Assembly (NCBI GenBank): GCA_023436485.1
Contig: JAEZIU010000142.1
Coordinates: 5,387-69,386 of the forward strand
Direction: 5' to 3'
DNA length: 64,000 bases
Origin: Bacillota bacterium
GTDB taxonomy: Bacteria; Bacillota; Clostridia; Acetivibrionales; DSM-1351
Under the pieces are notes generated by a model. The model did no database searches. It was not told the DNA's origin and saw nothing but the letters and a program-made list of their open reading frames with translations. The position numbers and the translations under genes are program-made. Each line of letters starts with the position of its first letter. The stretch's first letter is position 1. Below are positions 51,841 to 61,298 of this stretch, in pieces.

Positions 51841-54800
51841 ATGAGTGTATTACGTAAGGTATTGGCTTCCAGCGATAGTTTTTCTGAAGAAAAAAAGTTC
51901 TGGGAAGACAGATTATCCGGTGATTTTGTAAACGGAAGTTTTCCATATGATTTTAGGGAACAGGATACGGATGAACCGGAGTATAGTATATGCGAATTTG
52001 AGTTTGACGGTAAAATTTCATCCAAACTGGTTAGTATCAGTAATAACTCACATAAGAGACTTTTTCTTATACTTATGGCGGCAGTTAAGTGTCTACATTA
52101 TAAGTACACAGGCTCAAAGGATACCGCTATTGGTACATCGGTGTATAAACAGCAAGAAGAAGCAGATTATGTTAATAATATACTCTTAATCAGGGATTCC
52201 ATACACGAGGGCACGACCTTTAAAGATATGCTTCTAATGGTCAGAGAATCAGTGAATAGAGCCTATGAAAATGCGAATTACCCTTTAGAGTGTTTATTGG
52301 ACGATTCAAACGAAAATGCAACGAAATTGTTTGATTCTGCCGTTCTACTGCTTAATATTCATGACAGATCCTATTTAGATAGTGTCATGCCTTCACTGAT
52401 TTTTTCATTTATAGAAGCTGACGGAGTAATCAAGGGGCGTTTGGAGTACAATACTAAGCTTTATCTAAGTTCAACCATACAACATATGATAGGTCATATG
52501 AAGAATTTACTTAAGTTGATTTCGGAAGACATAAACATAAAAATATCAGATACAGATATTTTATCACCTGAAGAAATTAACAAGATTCTTTTTGAGTTTA
52601 ATGATACCGATGCAAATTATCAAAAGGATATGACAATACACAGGATGTTTGAGGAGCAGGTTGAAAAAACTCCTGACAACATTGCTATTTCCTTTGGCGA
52701 CAGAAATATAACATATACGGAACTGAATCAGAAATCAAATCAAGTGGCAAGGCTTCTGAAGGAGAAGGGGATAGTGCGCAACAGTATTGTTGCCATAGTT
52801 CTGGAACGTTCCCCTGAAATGATAATCGGGGCATTAGGCGTATTGAAGGCAGGAGGTGTATACCTGCCTATTGATCCGGCATATCCTCAAGAGAGAATCA
52901 GGTATACGTTAGAAGATTCTGAAACAAAAGTTTTGCTGACCCGGAATGAGCTTGTATATGACTTGGGCTTTAAGGGAGAGATACTTGATTTAAGTGATGA
53001 GAGCATATACAAAGGTGACATTTCTAACATTGAATCAGCAAATTCACCGGATGATTTGGCATATATAATTTATACTTCCGGCACAACCGGAAAACCCAAA
53101 GGTTCTATGATTGAGCATAGAAATGTTGTTAGGCTTTTATCCAATGACAAGCTGCAGTTTGATTTCAGCCAAAATGATATTTGGACAATGTTCCATTCAT
53201 TCTGCTTCGATTTCTCAGTTTGGGAGATGTATGGAGCTTTATTATACGGCGGTAAGCTTGTTATTGTACCGAAACATGTTGCACAGGACACAAAGGAGTT
53301 TTTAAGCCTTTTAAAACGGGAAAGAGTAACTGTTTTAAACCAAACACCTACGGCTTTTTATAACCTCTCGGATATAGAGGAGGAGCAAAACGAAAGCGAC
53401 TTGAGTATCAGATATGTCATTTTTGGCGGGGAGGCCTTAAAACCTGTTAAACTAAAGCCTTGGAGGACGAAGTTTTCCAATATCAAGTTTATAAATATGT
53501 ACGGGATAACTGAAACGACCGTTCACGTTACATATAAAGAAATAACCGTGGAAGAAATCGAATCCAATATTAGCAATATAGGAAAGCCCATTCCTACAAC
53601 AACTACTTATATCATGGATAGCAATTGCAAGCTATTACCAATCGGCGCACCCGGTGAGATATGTGTGGGCGGTGACGGGGTAGGGAAAGGGTACCTCAAC
53701 AGGCTGGACTTAACCGAACAGAAATTTGTTAATAATCCCTACAAAAAGGGAGAAAGGATATACAGATCCGGGGATCTTGGAAGACAACTACCCAACGGTG
53801 AAATTGAGTATCTTGGGAGGATAGATCATCAGGTAAAAATCAGGGGACATAGAATAGAACTTAGTGAAATAGAAGTTCAGCTTTTAAGCTATTCAAAAAT
53901 AAAAGAAGCCGTTGCGTTAGTGAACGAAGATAAGGATTCGGAAAAGTTTATCTGCGCTTATTTCGTTGCAGATGAGAATTTGACCATAGCCGAAATAAGG
54001 AACTACCTCACGGGTATGTTGCCTCAGTATATGATACCTGCATATTTCATACAGTTAGATAAGCTGCCTATGAATTCCAACGGTAAAATTGACAAGAAAT
54101 CTCTGCCACAACCTGCAGGAAATATATCCACGGGAGAAAAATATGAGGCTCCCAGGAACGATGTTGAAGAAAAGCTTGCAAAGGCATGGGCAGAAGTTCT
54201 GGGAATTGAGAAGATAGGTATAAACGACAGTTTCTTAGCTTTGGGAGGAGACTCTATTAAAGCTATGAAGATGATGCCTATTTTAAATAATTATGATCTC
54301 AAGCTGGAGATTAAAGATTTGTTTCAATATCCTACAATAAGGGAACTCAGCGAATATGTGGGTGCATTTACAAAGCAGATTAATCAGGGGGCTGTAGAGG
54401 GAGAGGTCATACTTACCCCCATTCAGAGATGGTTTTTCTCAGGAGAATCCCAAAACATAAATCATTTTAATCAATCGATTTTGCTTTATAAAAAAACAGG
54501 ACTTGATGAGGCTGTGATTAAGAAAGTATTAAGCAAAATCGTTGAGCACCATGACATACTCCGCACTGTTTTCAATCAGGAAGACGGAAAATGGATACAG
54601 TTTACCCGAAGCACAGATGGGGATTTGTTTACTTTAGAGACAATTGACCTGACTGATAAGGCTGATTATAAACAAAGGCTGAAGGAAGAGGGCAATATAA
54701 TCCAGAGCAGTATGGATATCGGTAAAGGCCCGCTGGTCAAACTGGGGTTATTTAAAACCGTTGAAGGCGATTATTTGTTAATTGCAATACACCACTTGGT

Positions 54801-57800
54801 AGTAGATGGTGTATCTTGGAGAATAATACTTGACGATTTTGTTTCCGGCTATATGCAGGCATGCGAAAATAAAGAAATTAAATTGTCTAATAAAACAGAA
54901 TCATTCCAGCAATGGGCATCCGTTCTGGAGGAGTATTCAAAAAGCAAAGAGTTACTTGATGAAATAGATTATTGGAGACATTTGGGGAATTATAGCAAAG
55001 AGTTGTTGCCTACGGATGGAACAGCTAAAAGCAATAAATATATTGATAGCAGCATGATAACAGTATCTTTGCCTGAAAAAGATACTGATGCACTTTTCAA
55101 GTCTTCCTATCGGGCTTACAAGCTTGAATATAATGAGGTACTGCTTACTGCCCTCGGGCTTGCTCTTGGCAAATGGACAGGGAAAACCAATACTTTGATT
55201 AATGTTGAAGGTCATGGAAGAGAAAAAGTTGACGGTTCAGTTGAAATATCCAGAACTGTAGGGTGGTTTACATCAATTTTCCCTGTTGCTTTGAATGTTT
55301 CTGAAAGCGGGTCTGTTTATGATAGCCTTATGTCAATTAGGGATACTTTGAAGGCCGTTCCGAACAAAGGTGTGGGTTATGGAATATTGAAGTATCTGAC
55401 ACCGGAGGAGTACAAAAGTGAATTCGATTTTGATATACGTCCCAATATTTGTTTCAACTTCTTTGGGCAGCTTGACAAGGAACTGAGTGCAAGTGAATTC
55501 TCCATATCGAATTTACCTGCGGGAGATATGGTTTCTCCGGATTGTGAGAGGCGCTATATACTTGATATAAACTGCATTATAACAGAAGGCGAACTGCAGT
55601 TTATGGTCAATTATAACAAGCATGAATACAAGAGTGAGACAATTGAAAAGTTTGCAAACAGCTTTATTAAGTACCTTAGGGATATTGCAAGTCACTGTGC
55701 TGAAATAGATACAACCGGTACTGTTACAAGTGAGCCGTTAGTTGACAAATCCGGCTCAGTATACCCTAAGGCTATGCCTAAGCCGGAAGAAATCGGCATT
55801 CCGTTCCCGCTTACCGATGTACAGATGGCATATTTGATGGGAAGAGACAACTTATTTGAAATGGGTGGGGTTTCTACACACTCATACATGGAAATAGAAA
55901 CAAAGCTGGATATGAAATTATTCGAAAACAGCCTTAATAAGGTGATTAGAAGGCATCCCATGATGCGGGCAGTTGTTTATGCAAATGGGCAGCAGCAGAT
56001 TCTTGAGGATGTGCCGTATTATGAAATAAAAATAATGGATGTAAGCGGACTTGATACACAAAGCCAGATGAAATACATTGTGGAAGAAAGACAGAGGATG
56101 TCCCACTTCATATTCAACACAGAAGAGTGGCCTTTATTCGAGTTAAAAGCTTTTAAGCTTTCTGAAGACACGCACTATTTATTCTTTGGGCGTGACTTAC
56201 TGATAGCCGACGGAGCAAGCATGCAAATCATTGGTAAAGACCTGATTGACTTCTATATTAACCCTGATAAGGACATTCGGGAATTGGAGTTTACATTCAG
56301 GGACTATATCCTGGCTTACAATGATTTTAAACAAACAGACCTTTACAATTCAGATAAAAAGTATTGGTTAGACAAGTTGGATTGTTTCCCGCAAGCTCCC
56401 GCACTTCCACTGAGAAAAATGGAACAGGGCTTTACACCCCACTTTAAGAGATTTAGTACAATTATAGAAAAAGCGGACTGGGAGAAACTGAAACATAAGG
56501 CAAGGCAAAATAATATAACCCCTTCTGCACTGGTTTGTACTGCATATGCAAGGGTGTTGTCATATTGGAGCAACCAGTCAGATTTGGCTATAAATTTAAC
56601 TGTATTCAATCGTTATCCCGTACATAAAGATGTAAATGAAATCGTGGGAGATTTCACATCGGTAGCGCTGCTTGGTATCGAGCTGGAACCCAATAGCTCT
56701 TTCTGGGAGTCCGCCAGAAATGTGCAGTCCGTATTAATGGAGGCTTTGGATCATAGGCATTATGACGGAGTTGAATATATCAGAGAAATATCCAAGTATA
56801 ACAATCTTGGTACAAAAGCAGCGATGCCTATCGTATTTACCAGTTTGTTATTCGGGGATGCCAATGAAAACGTGAACCATTTCAAACAGCTTGGAGAAAT
56901 AAAGATGGGACTGGGGCAGACATCTCAGGTCTATATAGATAATCAGGCCACCGAGATCGACGGTAACCTTGAAATATGGTTTGAGTTTGTTGATGAGCTT
57001 TTTGAAAGAGACATTATTGAATCCATATTCAATCAGTATACCGGAACTTTGAGAAGTCTGATTGATACTGACAGCGATGAAAAACTGATCCCATGTCAGA
57101 ACGATATGAATGCTATTGAAAAATATAATAGGACGCAGGAAGATATACGCCCTAACACTCTACAGGGTATGTTTGCAGGCCAGGCAGCGTTGACACCTGA
57201 TAATATTGCCTTGATTTCAGAAGAAGGGACTATGACATATGAGGAATTAAACACAAAGAGTAATCAGGTTGCAAATTATCTTAGAAGTCAAGGTGTTCAG
57301 AGGAATGAACTGGTAGGCTTATCAGCAAAGCGTTGCATGGATACTATTGTGAACATGCTCGGAATCCTGAAAGCAGGTGCGGCTTATGTACCTGTCGACC
57401 CTGAGTATCCACAGGAGCGCAAGGACTATATACTGTCCAACAGCGACTGCAAGATGATTTTATATCCCGAACTTTACCAAGACATGAACTTATCTGCTGA
57501 AAGCAAAGAGTTTGAATCCATTGGCAATATATATGATATTGCGTATGTAATATACACTTCGGGAAGCACAGGCAGACCCAAAGGGGTTGTTATTACTCAT
57601 GATGCCGTATCAAATACCATAATTGACATAAATCGTAAATTCAAGGTCAATGAAAATGATAGGATAATCGGACTGTCTTCAATGTGTTTTGACCTCTCTG
57701 TTTATGACATATTCGGTGCGTTGTGCAGCGGAGCGGCTTTGGTAATGGTTTCAGACCAGAGAGATGTGAATTTATTACGAAAAACTGTTAATGAACATAA

Positions 57801-60800
57801 TATTACTATTTGGAATTCAGTACCGGCAATAATGGATATGCTGGTTGACAATCTGGAGGACAATTTTAAAAATTCGTCTTTAAGGCTTGTACTTCTTAGC
57901 GGTGACTGGATTCCCGTAAACCTGCCCGAGAGAATCAAAAGATTCTTTGAAGGTTCTGAGATTATCAGCCTTGGAGGGGCAACTGAAGCTTCTATATGGT
58001 CTATTTACTATCCTATTACAGAAGTAAGGAGTGAATGGAAGAGCATACCTTATGGAATGCCTCTGGCAAATCAGACATTTTACGTACTGAACTATGAAAA
58101 GGGATTATGTCCCGTGGGCACACCCGGGGAGCTCTATATAGGAGGCGTCGGGCTTGCCAAAGGATATTGCAATGATAAAGAAAAAACTGAAAATGCGTTT
58201 ATTGTTCATCCTGAACTGGGGAATCTATATAGCACGGGAGATTTTGGAATTCTTCACAGTGGAGGGTATATTGAATTCCTTGGCAGGAGGGACCATCAGG
58301 TAAAAATTAAAGGGTATAGAATAGAATTAAATGAAATTGAGAACTGCCTTATAAAACATCAAGCCATAAAAAATACTGCTGTAATAGACCGCACGGATGC
58401 AAACGGTAAAAAATACTTATGCGCATACTATTCTTCGGACATGTCTCTTGGAACATCTGAGCTGCGCGAACACCTTGCAAAAGAGCTGCCTGATTACATG
58501 ATACCTTCATATTTTGTCCATCTGGACAAAATTCCGTTGACATCTAACGGAAAGGTTGATAGGAAATCCCTTCCGGAGCCTGATATGTTCACAGAAAACG
58601 ATGACAACTATGTAGCTCCCGGAAACTCCACAGAAAAGGCATTGGCAGAAATATTAGTTGATTTATTGGGAGTGTCCAGGGTAGGAATTAACGATAACTT
58701 TTTTGAGCTGGGAGGAGATTCTCTAAAGGCCCAGACATTCATAAACAGGATTGATAAAAAACTTGATGTAAAAGTTCCTATTGTCCAGATTTTCAGGGAA
58801 CCTACAATAGAAAAAATCAGTGAATATATTTTGAAACAAAGCACAACAGACATTGCAAAGCAGGAATCCGAACCAACAAAAGAAGCCAGATACTACTGGT
58901 CTCCTATAGCCCATTGGAGCCAAAGTGAAAATGCCATACATATAGAGATGTATTCCTACAGCGGCATTGCGTTGGAACTGTTCCCAAAACTTTATTTTAT
59001 CACTCAGAAAGGTATTAAGCTTAACGACCTTGTAAAAGAGTTTTCTGAGTTTGATGAAAGCAAAGTGAAGAGCTTTATAAATGATCTAATTAATGACAGG
59101 GTTCTTGTGGACAGGATGCTCACTTATCATGAGGTATCGTACCCTCAAGGGAAATTCTTCAATAATCCATACGGAGAAGAGCTGCTTTATGACCCGGCAG
59201 CATATAATGATTTTAAAAAGATACAACTAAACAGGAACTTTGAAAAGGCTAGGGAAGAAAAGATTATTCTTGAAGCCAACAGAGATTTTCCAGAGTATAT
59301 AAAAGACAGGCGTTCCTATAGAACTTTTGATGAAAGTAAGGAAATACCGTTTGCGGACTTTTCTCAAATGCTGTCTGTATTCAAGCAACACGAGGAAGAC
59401 GGCACAACCAGATATTACTATCCGAGTGCCGGAGGACTTTACTCTGTCGATGTTTTTGTATACGTTAAAGAAAATAGGGTTGAGGGCTTGAAAAAGGGTT
59501 TGTACTACTACAGCCCTGTATATAACAGCCTCCAGATTGTAAATGACTCTGCTGAACTGACTGAGGAAGCACATTATCACAGTAATAAGGCAATATATAA
59601 ATCTTCTGCTTTCTCTGTATTTCTGATTTATGATGCAAGGGCAAATATGCCAAAGTACGGTTCAATGGGGTATTTCTTTGGATGTATTGACTCAGGTATA
59701 ATGGTATCCTCTTTGACACAGTCAGCTGGGTTGGTAAATATTGGACTATGCTCAATTGGTGATATGGATTACAAGAAAATAGAGACTTATTTCAATTTAA
59801 ATGAAAATCAAGCCTTTATCCATGCCATTGAAGGGGGCTTAAAGCCTGAATATTACGGAACGGATATTGGAGAAAAACAGAATAGCGTGATGACAAATGA
59901 TTTTTCTGAGTCTAATATATCGGTGACAACGCCCGGATTAAGTCAGCAAGAGTGCTATCCTGTATCCTCAGCTCAGAAACGCCTGTTTTTACTGCAGCTG
60001 TTACAACCGCAAAGTACAGGTTACAACATACAGGACGTAAAAATTATCGAAGGAAAGCTTGATATAGCCAGGATTGAAGCTGTATTCAAAAAGTTAATCA
60101 AAAGACATGAATCCTTACGGACATCCTTTGAGTTTGTTGAGGGTGAACCTATGCAAAGGGTATGGGAGAATGCTGACTTCCGGGTGGACTATGTTGATGC
60201 TCAAGGTCAAGACCTGGATTTATTGGCAAAGTCATTGATTAAACCTTTTGACTTATCCAAGGCTCCATTATTCAGGGTTTCAATAGCCTTAATCGGCAAT
60301 GACAGATATATGCTGTTTTTGGACATGCATCATATTATCTCCGATGGAACTTCAGCAGGTATCCTTATCAAGGACTTCATTACTCTGTATTCGGGAGCCA
60401 CTTTGCCCGAACTTAAAGTCCAGTATAAGGATTATACCGCCTGGCATAATCAGTTCCTGAAATCGGATATTATTAAATTGCAGGAAAAATATTGGTTGGA
60501 TATATTCTCTGAAAGCACACCTGTACTCAATATACCTACGGATTTTCCAAGACCGGATATTCAAAGTTTTGACGGAAGTGTTGTGAAATTCAGTGTTGAT
60601 GAAATAACCACGAGAAAGCTCAAGGAAATAGCTTCGAAAAAAGGTTCCACGCTTTATATGGTCCTGCTTACAGCGTATTATATTTTACTTTCCAAATATT
60701 CTGCTCAGGAGGATATTGTGGTTGGAACTCCTATAGCCGGACGGCTTCACAGTGATTTCGAGGATACTATAGGAATGTTTTCAAACATGTTGGCATTAAG

Positions 60801-61278
60801 AAGTTATCCCTCAGGAGAAAAACTTTTCTCTGAATTTCTGGAAGAGGTAAAGCAAACTACCATAAACGCCTTCGATAATCAAGGATTCCAGTTTGAAGAA
60901 CTTGTAATTAAGCTGGGAGTAAAGAGGGATGCAAGCCATAACCCCTTGTTTGACACTGCGTTTGTTCTTCAGAACATGTACAACTCGTTATTACAGTATA
61001 AGAATATAGAAATTAAGGAATTTGACTACAAGGGGAGATCCGCCTTGTTTGACATATTACTGGAGGCATATGAGGAGCATGGCAGCATATACTTCAACTT
61101 TTATTACTGTAATAAATTATTCAAAGAAGATACTGTGAAAAGGATGTCAAAGGACTACCTTAAAATATTATCCTGTGTGATTGAAAACCAAAACATTAAG
61201 CTTTCTCAAATTGAGATAGGGGATGCAATCCTTAAAACGTCAACAGCTTTGAAACAAGATATACAGTTTAATTTCTAG
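51841..61278 (+). CDS. NRPS: half-C - A(Thr) - T - E - Cy - A(Cys) - T - Ox - C
   Basis: A1 pocket read as DFWNIGMVHK; E motifs HHLVVDGVSW/EGHGRE/RTVGWFT; Cy FPLTDVQMAY and DLLIAD; A2 pocket DLYNLSLIWK; Ox RRSYRTF/YPSAGGLY; C HHIISDG. Confidence 0.92.
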   Translation: MSVLRKVLASSDSFSEEKKFWEDRLSGDFVNGSFPYDFREQDTDEPEYSICEFEFDGKISSKLVSISNNSHKRLFLILMAAVKCLHYKYTGSKDTAIGTSVYKQQEEADYVNNILLIRDSIHEGTTFKDMLLMVRESVNRAYENANYPLECLLDDSNENATKLFDSAVLLLNIHDRSYLDSVMPSLIFSFIEADGVIKGRLEYNTKLYLSSTIQHMIGHMKNLLKLISEDINIKISDTDILSPEEINKILFEFNDTDANYQKDMTIHRMFEEQVEKTPDNIAISFGDRNITYTELNQKSNQVARLLKEKGIVRNSIVAIVLERSPEMIIGALGVLKAGGVYLPIDPAYPQERIRYTLEDSETKVLLTRNELVYDLGFKGEILDLSDESIYKGDISNIESANSPDDLAYIIYTSGTTGKPKGSMIEHRNVVRLLSNDKLQFDFSQNDIWTMFHSFCFDFSVWEMYGALLYGGKLVIVPKHVAQDTKEFLSLLKRERVTVLNQTPTAFYNLSDIEEEQNESDLSIRYVIFGGEALKPVKLKPWRTKFSNIKFINMYGITETTVHVTYKEITVEEIESNISNIGKPIPTTTTYIMDSNCKLLPIGAPGEICVGGDGVGKGYLNRLDLTEQKFVNNPYKKGERIYRSGDLGRQLPNGEIEYLGRIDHQVKIRGHRIELSEIEVQLLSYSKIKEAVALVNEDKDSEKFICAYFVADENLTIAEIRNYLTGMLPQYMIPAYFIQLDKLPMNSNGKIDKKSLPQPAGNISTGEKYEAPRNDVEEKLAKAWAEVLGIEKIGINDSFLALGGDSIKAMKMMPILNNYDLKLEIKDLFQYPTIRELSEYVGAFTKQINQGAVEGEVILTPIQRWFFSGESQNINHFNQSILLYKKTGLDEAVIKKVLSKIVEHHDILRTVFNQEDGKWIQFTRSTDGDLFTLETIDLTDKADYKQRLKEEGNIIQSSMDIGKGPLVKLGLFKTVEGDYLLIAIHHLVVDGVSWRIILDDFVSGYMQACENKEIKLSNKTESFQQWASVLEEYSKSKELLDEIDYWRHLGNYSKELLPTDGTAKSNKYIDSSMITVSLPEKDTDALFKSSYRAYKLEYNEVLLTALGLALGKWTGKTNTLINVEGHGREKVDGSVEISRTVGWFTSIFPVALNVSESGSVYDSLMSIRDTLKAVPNKGVGYGILKYLTPEEYKSEFDFDIRPNICFNFFGQLDKELSASEFSISNLPAGDMVSPDCERRYILDINCIITEGELQFMVNYNKHEYKSETIEKFANSFIKYLRDIASHCAEIDTTGTVTSEPLVDKSGSVYPKAMPKPEEIGIPFPLTDVQMAYLMGRDNLFEMGGVSTHSYMEIETKLDMKLFENSLNKVIRRHPMMRAVVYANGQQQILEDVPYYEIKIMDVSGLDTQSQMKYIVEERQRMSHFIFNTEEWPLFELKAFKLSEDTHYLFFGRDLLIADGASMQIIGKDLIDFYINPDKDIRELEFTFRDYILAYNDFKQTDLYNSDKKYWLDKLDCFPQAPALPLRKMEQGFTPHFKRFSTIIEKADWEKLKHKARQNNITPSALVCTAYARVLSYWSNQSDLAINLTVFNRYPVHKDVNEIVGDFTSVALLGIELEPNSSFWESARNVQSVLMEALDHRHYDGVEYIREISKYNNLGTKAAMPIVFTSLLFGDANENVNHFKQLGEIKMGLGQTSQVYIDNQATEIDGNLEIWFEFVDELFERDIIESIFNQYTGTLRSLIDTDSDEKLIPCQNDMNAIEKYNRTQEDIRPNTLQGMFAGQAALTPDNIALISEEGTMTYEELNTKSNQVANYLRSQGVQRNELVGLSAKRCMDTIVNMLGILKAGAAYVPVDPEYPQERKDYILSNSDCKMILYPELYQDMNLSAESKEFESIGNIYDIAYVIYTSGSTGRPKGVVITHDAVSNTIIDINRKFKVNENDRIIGLSSMCFDLSVYDIFGALCSGAALVMVSDQRDVNLLRKTVNEHNITIWNSVPAIMDMLVDNLEDNFKNSSLRLVLLSGDWIPVNLPERIKRFFEGSEIISLGGATEASIWSIYYPITEVRSEWKSIPYGMPLANQTFYVLNYEKGLCPVGTPGELYIGGVGLAKGYCNDKEKTENAFIVHPELGNLYSTGDFGILHSGGYIEFLGRRDHQVKIKGYRIELNEIENCLIKHQAIKNTAVIDRTDANGKKYLCAYYSSDMSLGTSELREHLAKELPDYMIPSYFVHLDKIPLTSNGKVDRKSLPEPDMFTENDDNYVAPGNSTEKALAEILVDLLGVSRVGINDNFFELGGDSLKAQTFINRIDKKLDVKVPIVQIFREPTIEKISEYILKQSTTDIAKQESEPTKEARYYWSPIAHWSQSENAIHIEMYSYSGIALELFPKLYFITQKGIKLNDLVKEFSEFDESKVKSFINDLINDRVLVDRMLTYHEVSYPQGKFFNNPYGEELLYDPAAYNDFKKIQLNRNFEKAREEKIILEANRDFPEYIKDRRSYRTFDESKEIPFADFSQMLSVFKQHEEDGTTRYYYPSAGGLYSVDVFVYVKENRVEGLKKGLYYYSPVYNSLQIVNDSAELTEEAHYHSNKAIYKSSAFSVFLIYDARANMPKYGSMGYFFGCIDSGIMVSSLTQSAGLVNIGLCSIGDMDYKKIETYFNLNENQAFIHAIEGGLKPEYYGTDIGEKQNSVMTNDFSESNISVTTPGLSQQECYPVSSAQKRLFLLQLLQPQSTGYNIQDVKIIEGKLDIARIEAVFKKLIKRHESLRTSFEFVEGEPMQRVWENADFRVDYVDAQGQDLDLLAKSLIKPFDLSKAPLFRVSIALIGNDRYMLFLDMHHIISDGTSAGILIKDFITLYSGATLPELKVQYKDYTAWHNQFLKSDIIKLQEKYWLDIFSESTPVLNIPTDFPRPDIQSFDGSVVKFSVDEITTRKLKEIASKKGSTLYMVLLTAYYILLSKYSAQEDIVVGTPIAGRLHSDFEDTIGMFSNMLALRSYPSGEKLFSEFLEEVKQTTINAFDNQGFQFEELVIKLGVKRDASHNPLFDTAFVLQNMYNSLLQYKNIEIKEFDYKGRSALFDILLEAYEEHGSIYFNFYYCNKLFKEDTVKRMSKDYLKILSCVIENQNIKLSQIEIGDAILKTSTALKQDIQFNF

Positions 61279-61298
61279 GAATAAGGAGCATAGAACAA